Positions 1 through 14,294 are shown, counted from the first letter of the stretch. The stretch is 64,000 bases of DNA from Chrysomallon squamiferum (GCA_012295275.1 CM022673.1:15128001-15192000), one strand, 5' to 3'. Made by a program: numbers and translations. The notes: generated from the sequence alone by a model not told the origin.

Positions 1-475
1 TAATATTAGACGATCTTGTTAGCGTGCACGTTGACAGAATGGACACGCTATGTTTAAACATTACAAGAAAATTAATATATATCACGCGTGACGTGAACAT
101 TACGTATGTCATGTTCGTATTGTAAACATCATTAGCATAAAATTACGTCATGTTGTCGATTTACATCAGTATCTAAAACATTACAAAATGAGGCTGTAAT
201 AAATAAAAAACGGGAGAAAAAATCGGTTGTGTATAAAATCAATCAAAATAAATTAAATCGATTACCCGAAGGAAAAATCAATAAACACAAAAAATATGAA
301 TACTAATAAAAAGAGAAAACCTCGGTTATAATATGTAAAATATAAAGGGGGAAATACTGTGCTGGTAATAACAACAACAACACAATAATAACAACAACAA
401 CAACAACAATAATAATAATAAAATAAAGAGAAAAAGGTTGTTCTTAAAATATTATCTCTCTCATTTTCACGCGCG

Positions 476-517
<42 letters not shown>

Positions 518-1840
518 TCGAATTATAAAAAAAAAAAAAAAAAAAAAAAATAGGTTACCTGGAAAATAAAATAGATTCTATATAAAAAATAAATATATCC
601 AGAGGTGAAAATTGATTACCTCGAAATATATTCTGCAAATATTTATTTAAAAAATCAATTAAAAAAATCTCTCTCTGTTGATTTCGGGTCTGTGACATAA
701 TTTCGCCGAAGAACTCTCGGTTTGACGAGATTTCAAGCAGTTATCATCTGATAATTGATGTAATAATCACCTGTGTGTTATTTTTTTCCTTCTTTTTTCA
801 CCGTTACTAGACAAAAGATTTGTTTTCATTATTATTGTTTCTGTTTATATAGATTAAGCTGCATGGTATATGTCACGTTGAAGTCTTTGGCGAAGATGGT
901 GTAGTTATTGTCAATATCATCATATTCACCATCATTTATCATTATTATTATCTCTTATTGATGTTGATGATTATAATAATGATGGTGATGATGATGATAC
1001 TGATGAAAGTGACGATAATGAAGCTGATGTTAATAACAGAGATGGAAATGACGTAGGTGACGATAAACAGAAAGACGGAGATACATTTTCGAAAATAATA
1101 GAGAAAACTATCTGAGCCGACATTTTGTAACTAAACCGCGTGGGAGTCAAAACAGAGACTGTGATTTTCCCGTGAATGGTTCTTTTCTGTTTAATTCGGT
1201 ATTTCGTTCATCCTCGGCGCCTATTAACAAGGAAACCGCTGTCTATTGATCAACGATATTTGCGAAATGTCTACTTCATTGATCACATGTTAAATCGTTG
1301 TTCGTTCGCCTTATCGTCAAACTTTACGTTAAATATGTCGACCGATGTCAGTAAAATCATTCCGGTTCTTTTCGTCATCTTCTGATGTTTAACAGAACCC
1401 AGGAACTCTTTTTAATCTCCGCACAGAAATCACATCCACTCTCAGTGGATGGAGTAATGAATTTATTGTAAAGGTTAATCGGTTTCAAGATTTAGAAAAT
1501 CCTCGTCGGATGTGTTCGTTTGATTTATACACTATATCTAGTTTAGCTGTTTTGTATTTAATTATTATGTCTGTATTTGTAAGTGACCGTCTGTGTGCCA
1601 TTTTAACTTGTCCGTCAACAAAAATAGGTACAGCTTTCAAGCACACGGAATTCACATTATATAAATATGATGGCGAACTTTGGAATATATATGAATTTCT
1701 AAATTAGGATGAGAGAGAGAGAGAGAGAGAGCTTTTAATCTTACTGTTGTCTGTGTATATATGAATATGTATATGTATATGTATATGCATTATATGTGTG
1801 TGAATGAATAGATGTTCATATATATATATGTATATATATA

Positions 1841-1898
<58 letters not shown>

Positions 1899-2374
1899 GA
1901 CACAAGCACACACACACTTTTGATTTTGAAATTAAATAAATTTAGGTGAGATATAAATCAATGAAAACGTGCCTTTTCTGATTCTGTGATTACAAAACAC
2001 ATTTTTTTTCTCTCTCTCTCTTTCTCGTTCGAGGCACTGGACCGAGAGAAGAGCAGATTACATCGTATCGACATTTGCCTCCCACAACCTCTCTTGTCAG
2101 ACGACTGCTATGGTAATTTCGGGTTATTGCCTTGGAAGGTCTGCATTCTTCAGAGCAGTGATTATAAATGAAACTTAATTTTTTGTTTTGCGCTGAACAT
2201 CCACCTACACTCAGTGGGTTTATCTTTTTTTTGTTCATGCTCCCCTCTGCCTCACTGTGTATGCTTATTCATTAATTAATCAATCCGTACGTCCATTCGT
2301 GCGTCCATAAATCCATCCATCTATATGTCTATCTGTGTTCTTCTATCTATCCATCTAACTATCAAAGTATATAT

Positions 2375-2410
<36 letters not shown>

Positions 2411-2790
2411 ACAGATAGAAAGAGATAGATAAATAGGCAGAGAGACAAATAGAGATAAATAGAGAAATAGAGAAATAGGTAGATAGATAAATAGACAGGT
2501 AGGTAGTTACAGAGGGACGGATTTATGTATATATATATATAAAAACGATCGATTATTTTTTCTGTGACTGTCTTCCTGACTTATATTATTCTGCTTATCA
2601 TTTTCTAGCTTTCTTTTTCTTCACTAGTTTACGTTCTCTATAAATCTGTCTGTGATACATCAGATATTAACTCTAATCACGTCAGCATATTTGCCCACAT
2701 AAAGACTGCAAAGAGTGTAAATTCAAATAACAAGATGAAACAATAAAGGCACATATTTTCACACAAAAGCTCTTGAAGCGTAGTTTTTAA

Positions 2791-4315
2791 TCAGACACGT
2801 TTATGTAACTGGTGTGCAGTGAAGGAAGTGTGTGTACGTGTGGGTCTAGGTGAAACTAAAGACAATGATTGTTTGATTATCATCTTACCAAAATGTTTTC
2901 GTTTGGCCAGTTCTGCTAACGCCTTGGTGGGATGTCCCGCCAGTGGCGTGGCAACAGCAAGATTCCCAGATTTTGTAACCTTAACCTTTGGAACGTTTTC
3001 GGTCTGCATGTCGTCTTCTTCTTCCAGAGAAGTTTTGGCTGAAATGCGACATAATTGGAATATATATATATATATCTATACACATACAAATTTGTTTTTA
3101 ATTTAGATACGATATCATGCGTAGATCGGCAGGCTGACTGACAGGCAGCAACACAGAGAAAGAGATAGATACATACATACATACAAATGTATGGATAAGC
3201 TCATTTCGTTGATTCGTTCTGCCATACATGTGGTGACATTAAGCAAAAATGTACACACATATTCACATACACATTTACATCATTCGGTTTTTAAATTCAT
3301 TTATTTTATTTTATTTTTTTAATTTTTTTTAAAGTTGTTTTTCTTTTTATTTGGTTTTTATTGTTTTTAATTTATTTTACCTTTGTGGTCCAGTCTAAGT
3401 TTGACTGCGTTGTCTGGTAGTTTGTCGAGATATTTGACAAATTTCGAATTTTCTATTCTCTTCTGGTATCTTTCCTCGATTTCTTGTCTCGTCCGCGGTA
3501 TCCTCACATCAAAACAGCAACACAGAATAACAACTGTAACAACAATAATAATGATAATGATGATAATAACAAGTATAGTAATAATAATGATGATAGCAGC
3601 AGCAGTAGTAGTAATAATAATAATCTTCATCTCACTACTGTTACTATTACTACAACTATTATTATTATTATTTACATAGATACATAGATACACACACAAA
3701 CACGCATGCATGTATTTATATATATTAAAGTATGTATGTATATATTTTATATATGATTGTATATATGTATATCTATGTCTGAATGTATATATAAATATGC
3801 ATGTGCATGAAACTGATGCATGCTTGGGTGGAATGAAATGATTTTAATAGACTGAAAGAATATATAATTAAATTCAATTCATTCTACTTTTCCTAAGTGA
3901 CGTAATTTTATTGTGAACTAAATACATTTATATATATAAAACACTAAAAACTCCACAATCATTAATGGAATGATAAGAAATAATCTAGCCTCTACTGAAT
4001 TCAGATTCTCACCTATGATAAGGACAAACACACAGGACAAGAAGACAACGTGCCACACCCTTAGTGGACCCACCACCTTGATTTCTATAGACGACGATTT
4101 GCTGAGTTTCCCGCCATTGTCATCTTTCTGTAAAATAAAACAGCGGCGAGAGACCGTCGGTTAACTTCGTGAAGTTATATTAATTATCGACAGTTTTCGT
4201 GGTGATATAATAATTATAATTATTATTTAAAAAAAAATTAAAAAAAAGTAAAAACACCAACAAAAAAACCAACAATAACAATAATAATAACAACAACAAC
4301 AACAATAATAATAAA

Positions 4316-4377
<62 letters not shown>

Positions 4378-5094
4378 TATGAACGTATACAGTTCTCGTT
4401 ATTGTCGTCTAAATAATAATACTTTTGAAATCTCCCTTATTTAGTTTTCGTTAAAATGCCTTAATTCTAATTAATTTTCTATGTACTATAATAATTAGCA
4501 AGATTGCTCATTTTCGTGAACTCGAGCCATTCCTAGTCGAAAAAAAAAAAGAAGAAAAAATCATCGTTTAGGTGTGTGAACTTACGCTAATATTCATAAA
4601 ATTTCGTTATGCCATGATAATTACTACTGTCGTAAATTTTCGTTAATGTCCGTAATTCTCATGATGTAATTTAGGCAGGCGTTCCTTACATAAACTCAGT
4701 GGACTAAACCTAATTTTAAGAAGAAACCTGCGGGGAATTTGTAACTCAAATATAATCCAACAGTTGTTCGGCTAAATTAAGAATTTACGTGGATACGATC
4801 ACAGTGAAATGGAAAATTCGGCAGAAACGAAGTGTGAATTATCGACACATTCTTAGATGGGTTTTTTTTCTACTTTTTTTTTCTTTTTTTTTTCTGTGAA
4901 AATTGGTCTAGCTGTAATTAGTATGCCTCAAAGGGTGAACATTAAAATTAAATTTTATAAAACACTGTAGCATGTTAATCTATCGTTAGAATGATAGAAA
5001 TAAATTGTAAAGACTGAAAAACTAATGGGGAGATTCATAAACTAATAATATATCTATATATCTATATCACTGTATATATATCTATATATCTACA

Positions 5095-5138
<44 letters not shown>

Positions 5139-5379
5139 TGATAATAATGTAATTAATACTATATTAAATTGAAGGTTATGTGCTTAACACATTTAAAGAT
5201 AAACAAAATCAAATGTGATGATAACTCAATGAAACATATCTATATCAAAGTATACACAATGTTTATTATTTATTTTAAAATATTTCAGTATTTGATATTC
5301 ATTTCTTGTTTTTACTGGTTCTGTACTACATAAGATATAAATATACAGCATTAATATATACATGTATGTGCGCCTGTAT

Positions 5380-5421
<42 letters not shown>

Positions 5422-5425
5422 GTGA

Positions 5426-5468
<43 letters not shown>

Positions 5469-5664
5469 TATATATTTAGATAAATAGATATAGATATAGA
5501 TAAAAATTCTCACAGTGATATATAACATTAATAAAATATCGGTAATAAACGTGAAAATAAATTACCTTGACCGTAGAATTACTGTTGCTAATTGTCGCTA
5601 GAGTTACTTGCTCTTGTATAACTATTATTACCAATAAACAGTAGATTTTAGTTGACAGAAACAT
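2791..5664 (-). CDS. TMIE: TMIE-like (transmembrane inner ear) protein, 4 coding exons: 5664-5566, 4127-4013, 3533-3381, 3038-2791; about 204 aa
   Basis: Manual splicing at GT/AG sites with consistent phases (0,1,1) gives 615 nt: MFLSTKIYCLLVIIVIQEQVTLATISNSNSTVK/KDDNGGKLSKSSSIEIKVVGPLRVWHVVFLSCVFVLII/VVILCCCFDVRIPRTRQEIEERYQKR...RV*. The LRVWHVV-TM-CC-x-RIPRTRQEIEERY core matches the TMIE family motif as I recall it (RLWHVV...CCVFNCRVPRTRKEIEARY). Exon 1 (signal-peptide-like) is less certain than exons 2-3. Confidence 0.85.
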
Positions 5665-6177
5665 GACGAAATAACGCACATAATGTAAAAGAAAATAATT
5701 TTATAACACTTTGCCGATCTTTACGATATTTTGCAGCATCCTTATCGAAATACTTGAACAGACATGGCGTATCTACAAAACACTTCATTCGAATTATTAA
5801 GTCGATAATTGTAACTGAGTTTCGATCTCATCTGGGACACCTGCGGTTGTCATGACAACAAACAGACATATTGATTTTTCTATTCCCACGTGAACAGACT
5901 ATGAGTGAACGATGAAAGAGGCGCCATTTTCTCATCGTTCTTTATTTTTTTTTTATTATTTTATTATGATTATTATTTTTAAATTAATGTTTAGATTATA
6001 TAACCGTTAAAAAATAATACATTTAGTTCTTAATGTTGTCGGTGCAGATTTAATTAAATTTATAAAATTATTTATTAATATATTTAATGCATTTCTACGA
6101 TGTGGAACGAGTATGTATGAACGTGGGCATTTCTGTATGTGTTTATGTATGTATGTAGGCATGTATGTATGAATGTG

Positions 6178-6256
<79 letters not shown>

Positions 6257-6773
6257 GTATATTGTCTACACTTGTAAATGTTTGTTTTTGATTTTGATCA
6301 TGTTATTGTCGTGTAAAAACTTTATAATCATAATTATTATAATTTTAATCTATTTCACCCAGATTTACTAACATTTCATAACATGATTTTCTTTTGTTAT
6401 ATAATAATAATAATATGTTTACACAACAAAGGTTAACCTCTCATTAATTATTGCTGAGCGGACATATATAAAGATTTTCTTTGAATTTCAGATTATCTGT
6501 AACAGAAATAAGTATCATTATATTAGGCAACAACGCCAACAACAGAAGGAAGCAGAATCAACAACTACAACAACGGTAATGATAACAGTATCCATAATAT
6601 GTAATACAATCGAAAACACGATTTGCCAAGATAGAAAGATAACAAAAAAAAAAAAAAAAAAAAAAAATGCCATACAATGTATATAGATAGCATTGTTACT
6701 TTATGAAATCTTTTGTGAAAAGTATCTGTATGTGTGTGTGTATGTGTATGTGTTCCTAATGTGTGTGTGTGTG

Positions 6774-6810
<37 letters not shown>

Positions 6811-7386
6811 ATGTATGTATGTATATCTTGTTATGCATGAATGTATATGTATATATCTATATATTAATGTGTGTATATAAGAAGTATATATGTACTTATA
6901 AAATATATAGTGATTCATATCTATGTAAGAAGTAGAAGAAATCCTCTAAATTAGCGTGGGTTTGCTCATGGTGGATAGAACTGGAGATGACGGGCAACTG
7001 AAAGCCAACACAGGAAATTAAACTTCATCTCAGTTCTCAAGACTTACTGAAAACACGTTATTACAAAAAGCGACAAAGGAAAATGTTTTTAAATGTTGAT
7101 ATAAAATTAATCTAAAAACATAACTTTAATAAAAGCCGTCCCTTTCTTAACACACAAAAAATAATTATGACAGAATATTTAAATGCAGCGTATTGGTAAT
7201 TATTTCCGAATCACGGGAAGTAATTATTCTTTTTACTTTTCAGCTGGATGAGTTAATATTCAACGCATGATATTTGCTTTCGTGATATTTGCAGACGTGT
7301 GGGGGTGGGGTGGTCGAACAGAATTCTCACTGCGTTTGTTAAAAACAAAAACAAAATAAATAAATTAATTAATTAATTAATTAATA

Positions 7387-7447
<61 letters not shown>

Positions 7448-8676
7448 GTGTATTTCTATTTCCACTATTTCTTTCTTTATAATTAAGTTTATTTCATCTT
7501 GAAAGCTCGGCTGTAATCCCTTTCCCGGTTTTATTCAAATCCTAGATCCGCCCCGACATTTTACGATTCCTTGTTTTTTACATTGTTTTAATTAAACACG
7601 GTCTTTTGATCCAGGCCACTTCGAAATATAACGGGCATTAAAAAAAGCATAAAAGTTCAACAGGAGGGGGCGTTTAGGTGTTCTGCTTTGGAGAAAACGA
7701 CGTATAATTTACTCAGAAGTAATGGAAAATGAAGAAATTGTTTGTTTTTTGGTGTCTTTTTTTTTTTTTTTTTTTTCTCGTGACATAAATCATTAACCGG
7801 AATAAATTCAACTACTGCTAAAAAAGGAAACGTGAATAGCGAAATAAAACCCGGGTTTCAGTCATGTTTTAAATATATTTTTTTCTATTTGGTAATTTTT
7901 TTTAAAATTAACTTTTTATCGTGAAACAACAAAAAGAGTTCAAGGATTTAATGAATATTTCCAGTTTAATAAAATTTCGCGATTTTGATATACACATATG
8001 TACATGTATGTACGTACATACGTACATACATATATGTACATAATGTGTATCTGTATTTGTCGCATAGCTAGCTGTATAGGAGAAAGAAAAAAAAACGAAA
8101 AAGAAAACACTGTTGTCGAAGGGTATTGATCGATTAATCGCTAGGAATCTGTTATATACAGGTCTAATTTAAAGAATGAATCAATGTTTATTGCTTTTGC
8201 TTTTGTTTGTCTGAGGTTGTTACGGATATTATCATTTTCGGAAGATGCCGCTTTGATTTAACGATATCTCAGAAATTTAATTTTTATGTCAAGGGCTGAA
8301 CAGTTTTTACGATAATAACAATGAAGAAAATCTGTCACCACAGCGTTGGCAGTGTTTTTCTCATCAGCAAGAAAGGATCTTTTGTTAGACCTTCCCATTG
8401 GCTGCAAAACATATATATACCACTTGAAAAATTTTGACTGAAAGGAGAAGTAGAAGAATTGTAAAGAGATGAAAATAAAGAAGACATTACAGAAGTGATT
8501 TTTTTTAAAAAAGTAGCACATTACTCTGATGACTGTAAAGTGTTTCGTTGTTCACCTTTTTTATATCTTGCGAGGCAGTACATTTGCACTCAGACTAATC
8601 TTTTCTGTCGTTTGTTTGTTTCTTTATTAATTTGTTTTGGATTTTTTTTTTTTTTTTTTTACTTATCTGTTTACAT

Positions 8677-9005
8677 GCGGCGAAAAAGTTATTCCACTTT
8701 GAAAAAGGTATGTCTGAAATTTTCCACGTGTCGGAAAAAATGTTTCAGCGTGTGCAAAATGTGCCCGCCGTCAGTCCGCGTGTGGGAAAAACAGCACTTT
8801 TCCCCCGTGTGGGGCAAGGGTTGCCCCCCTTTGGGGTAGGTGCGCTATATTTTTGTCACGTGCGGCGAAAAAGTTATTCCACTTTGAAAACGGTACGTCT
8901 GAGATTTTACATTCGTCTCGAAAAATCTGTTTTGAAAAAGTGAAAAGCCGCGTGGGAGTCTGCCCGGGGGTCGGGAAAAATATTTCAACGTGTGCAAAAG
9001 GTGCC
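8677..9005. repeat. Degenerate ~185-bp tandem repeat (about 1.8 units) abutting the 5'-truncated LINE-B
   Basis: GCGGCGAAAAAGTTATTCCACTTTGAAAA occurs at ~8677 and ~8862. GTGTGCAAAA(T/G)GTGCC occurs at ~8750 and ~8990. Confidence 0.6.
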
Positions 9006-10424
9006 AGTTGGGGAGCAAACGAGTCTACGCTGATTATGATATACAGAGCATGTATTCTCTCCAAGCTCGACTACGAAGCCACGGCTTACTCGAATGCTGC
9101 CGAACACTCTTTAAAAGAACTAGACATAATTCAATCCAGCGCCCTCAGAGTGATCGGCCACCTGCCAAACACAACTCCATCCGACAGCCTCCTGTCGGAA
9201 TACAGCATCCAACCACTGAAATGCAGAAGAAAGCTGCAGCTACTGAAATACCACCTGAAAATACAGGCCCTCAGCACAGACTACCCCGTCAAGGAACTGG
9301 TCCCCGACCCACAAAGAATAGGGCAACCCTTTAAATCGCATAGTCTACTACTATCGAATTTCCCGACAAAAGCCAGCGAAATCGAAAGGGAAACAGGAAT
9401 AGGGGAAATGCCACTGCCGGCATACCACAAAGAAACAAAACCGACAATCAACAAACCTTTCCTGATAAAAAGAGAAACTGACAAAACAGAGATCCAACCA
9501 TTCAAAAAATCATTTTTTGGCAGCAGCAAACGACCACTACAAACAACACACGCACATCTACACTGACGGATCCAAAAACCCAGACAACGGGAGAGTAGGA
9601 TTCGCCTTCATAGCTCAAAATCACACAAACAAACCCACATGCATACAATTCGGCCGTATCAGAAATCACCTTTCGGTATACACGGCCGAGTTGGTAGCCA
9701 TCATCAGAGCCATGCTGTGGGTTAAACACAACAACAACAAACACACAGTCATTTTCTCGGACAGTCTAAGTTCCGTGATCTCGATACAAACCGGAAGTTC
9801 AAGCAGACCAGACCTGCTCAGCAAAATACAACAACTACACGAAGAAATACAACACAACAATAAAGAAGTAACCATCGAGTGGCTCCCAGCACACGTCGGC
9901 ATCCTCGGCAACGAACTTGCCGACCATTACGCCAAAGAGTCACTCACCATTAAAGACGAAGACATCTGCACAGACATACATTACGGTATAAAACGAAATA
10001 GTCTCCATCGCTGCCAAACATTACGACAAACAATGGCAGAACGAATGGAACAACACGAAAAACAAATGGCACTTAAACATCAAACCACTCGCCAAAACAC
10101 CCAAAATCACACTCGCCAACAAACTAAACAACAACAACCTCACCAAAGTCAGAATTGGTTACTCAAACAACTTAAACGCAATTCTATACAAACATAATAT
10201 CATCACATCACCCAACTGCAGTTGCGGACTCTCAGAAACCATGAAACACTACTTGTTTCACTGTCCAAACTTTGCCAAGGAAAGACAAGCACTACGCAAT
10301 ACATTGGAGGAACTAAAAATCGAGTTCACGCTCCAACACATCCTGGCACCAAACGTGAAAGACAGAGAGTTAGTCCTCGCTGCAGTAACAAATTACATTC
10401 TCAAAACAAAACACAAACTATAAA

Positions 10425-10460
<36 letters not shown>

Positions 10461-10660
10461 CACACGAAAACAAACAATTATATAAATGTATTGACCTACG
10501 GATTGATTGGTTGAACAGCTGATGGATCTACGGATAGATCGGCTGATTGACGAATCAATTAAAGTGGCCAATTAAATTAATAATTAAAAAAAAAAAAAAT
10601 GATAAACAAACTACACGAACCCACTTTCAGACATTACTAACCCGGTTATGGTGTCTTATC

Positions 10661-10716
<56 letters not shown>

Positions 10717-11251
10717 CTTAGTTCTAGTTTCACATCTTTTAAATTAAAATAAAATGTAAATATGTTAACTACATTTATGTTCTTATTTGTTTTTTAGTTG
10801 CAGGTTTTGTTTTAATAATATCTTTTAAAAAACAATAAAAAGACCATTGGCAAAAAAAAAAAAAAAAAAAGGTTTGGATCACGTGGACCATCAGGAAGCA
10901 GCCAAAAAGGAACAACAACATCAGAAGCCAAAAAGAAACAACGACAGCAGCAAAGAGCAGAACAACCAGGACGGCAAACAACACAGACCCGGTGATGGCT
11001 GAGAGATTGTGCCGGATATCACGGGGGGCGGATTACGGCTTCGATACACCCGTACCGACTCGTTACGATCCGATATGCTGGACACTCCCTTGTGTCCTGC
11101 AATCGTGGCGAGAATCCATTCTTTTCCCTACCCAAAACTCTTTTCTGCGACGGACGCGCCCGCTGACCTGTCAGAAAGCGTGCCCGTCGCAGACGTGCTT
11201 CACAACAGCTTGCTCTGATTAGCACGTTAATTTTTTTCCATTTCCATTTCC
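9004..11251 (+). mobile_element. LINE-B, 5'-truncated I-group non-LTR retrotransposon: end of RT, RNase H, C-terminal CCHC, ~830-bp 3' UTR and (TTTCCA)n tail
   Basis: Frameshifted ORFs 8853-9566, 9517-10197 and 10241-10423 carry WGANES, YTDGSK, AELVAI, SDSLS, WLPAHVGILGNELAD and C-x-C..H..C. They are collinear with 61625-63423. The 3' UTR is homologous to 63430-64000 and 42200-42793. Confidence 0.92.
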
Positions 11252-11316
11252 AATTTTCGAACGTTTCCGTAATTCGCACTTGTGCTCAACCGTTTCAACA
11301 ATCTCTCTCCATCATC

Positions 11317-11703
11317 ATGTCCGGACGAGGTAAAGGAGGAAAAACAAAGGGAAAGAGCAAGACCAGGTCTTCCCGTGCCGGTCTTCAGTTCCCCGTGGGT
11401 CGTATCCATCGTCTCTTGAGAAAGGGCAATTACGCAGAGCGCGTCGGAGGTGGTGCACCCGTCTACCTGGCCGCCGTTCTCGAGTATTTGGCAGCCGAAG
11501 TTTTGGAGTTGGCAGGCAACGCCGCTCGTGACAACAAGAAAACTCGAATTATCCCCAGACATCTTCAGCTGGCCATCCGCAACGACGAGGAATTGAACAA
11601 ATTGCTGTCGGGCGTTACGATCGCGCAGGGTGGTGTTTTGCCAAACATCCAAGCCGTTCTTCTGCCCAAGAAGTCGTCGGCCAAAGCTGCCCAAGGAAAG
11701 TAA
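11317..11703 (+). CDS. H2A: Histone H2A copy 1 (intact CDS; TATA and promoter replaced by the LINE-B 3' end)
   Basis: 128-aa ORF with [17 protein letters not shown] and [10 protein letters not shown]. Stem-loop at 11747-11762. Confidence 0.99.
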   Translation: MSGRGKGGKTKGKSKTRSSRAGLQFPVGRIHRLLRKGNYAERVGGGAPVYLAAVLEYLAAEVLELAGNAARDNKKTRIIPRHLQLAIRNDEELNKLLSGVTIAQGGVLPNIQAVLLPKKSSAKAAQGK

Positions 11704-11746
11704 AAACGAAGGCGCTTTTCTTAAACGCAACCACAAACATCCCAAC

Positions 11747-11762
11747 GGCCCTTTTCAGGGCC
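11747..11762 (+). terminator. Histone 3' stem-loop (SLBP site) plus downstream element; also at 16629, 21602 and 26522 (H2A)
   Basis: GGCCCTTTTCAGGGCC-ACCCA followed about 13 nt later by purine-rich CGAAAGTG (putative U7 histone downstream element). Confidence 0.95.
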
Positions 11763-12150
11763 ACCCACATCTTACGAAAGTGATTTCACTACGCAATTGC
11801 AATCTCGGTTTGTTTATTACAGCTTACATTACATCATCAAACGCTCGGTCGAAACCGTCACGTCCGTTGTTCGGGAGTACACACAGAATACACTGACTAG
11901 TTATTTTAATCTGATTACTTGTATAAAAGACGAGTAGTAGTAGCAGTAATCACTGCTTTTGCTCACGAACATCACTCATTACTTAGAACTGTTGATAAAC
12001 AAACCAAAACAATGAATGAATGAATGAATGAATGAATGAATAACATAAGGTAAAAAATAAATGTGCATGTGTGTAATAACTTTTGTTTTTCTGCCAATTA
12101 TGACTGTTATTATCGTTGTTGTTCTTCTTATTTATTTATTTATTATTATT

Positions 12151-12231
<81 letters not shown>

Positions 12232-12356
12232 GTTGTTTGTTATTATTGTTGTTATTATTGTTGTTCTTATTACTATTTAAAATTCTTCTTCTTCTTCTTC
12301 TTATTATAAATCTTCCTTTTTCTCCCCATTTAAAAAGAACCAAAAATTAAAAAAAG

Positions 12357-12398
<42 letters not shown>

Positions 12399-12918
12399 AG
12401 AAGGCTTTTCACGCTTATTTCGTGCTTCGCGGCATTCGTTGTTCAGCGGATTAACGGTACGTCACAACAAATTTTAGAACAAAGAAGACTTTGATAGAAG
12501 GTTAATATTAAAGTGTGTATCGTTGAACTGCTTGTATACTGTGCGTGTGCGTGTGCGCGCGTGTGTGTGTGTGTGAGTGCGCGCGCGCGCGTGTGAACGA
12601 AAACGCTGTCGTATTTTTACTTGTTGCGACTGATGATTAACTAACAAGGCAGGTAATTACGATGCACTAAACTAGCCACACTCAGAACATTACCGAACCC
12701 TAACGACGAAAGTGATCAAATGGTATTTGTGTACCGTAAAGTGGAAGAAGTGGTGCGCTCCCACCGTTTAACAATAGCAATGTAATGGGACAGAGGAATA
12801 AAAAAAAAAAAAAAAAAATAAAAAATAAATAAAAATAGAAATAAAAATAACGAAGAAAACAAAAACAGAAACAAAATAATAAGCAATTGTGCAGCAGACA
12901 CTTTCGAGAGGTTTGGGT

Positions 12919-12934
12919 GGCCCTGAAAAGGGCC
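12919..12934 (-). terminator. Histone 3' stem-loop of H4; also at 17818, 22777 and 27692
   Basis: Reverse complement reads GGCCCTTTTCAGGGCC-ACCCA...CGAAAGTG. Confidence 0.95.
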
Positions 12935-12971
12935 GTTGAGAATTGTTGTCGAGTTTGGGGAGGCTGCAAAT

Positions 12972-14230
<1,259 letters not shown>

Positions 14231-14278
14231 ATTGCTGCTCGGCCCCCACCTCAAAAAACAAAAAAAAAAAAACTCAAC

Positions 14279-14294
14279 GGCCCTTTTCAGGGCC
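14279..14294 (+). terminator. Histone 3' stem-loop of H3; also at 19182 and 24142
   Basis: GGCCCTTTTCAGGGCC-ACCCA...GAAAAGTG. Confidence 0.95.

Noticed and set aside
2030-2180. Possible plus-strand terminal exon after a pyrimidine tract
   Set aside because: An open frame exists, but there is no recognisable protein family and no supported upstream exons.
8258-8521. 87-aa minus-strand ORF or possible exon
   Set aside because: No recognisable motif and no consistent splice partners.
8976-8990. AAAATATTTCAACG as a degenerate 5' TSD of the left LINE-B
   Set aside because: It has several mismatches to AATTTTCGAAC, is not at the junction, and lies within the local repeat.
11160-11182. Possible hammerhead ribozyme (CTGA...GAAA)
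   Set aside because: It lacks the CUGANGA core and three-stem geometry, and is better explained as a simple hairpin.
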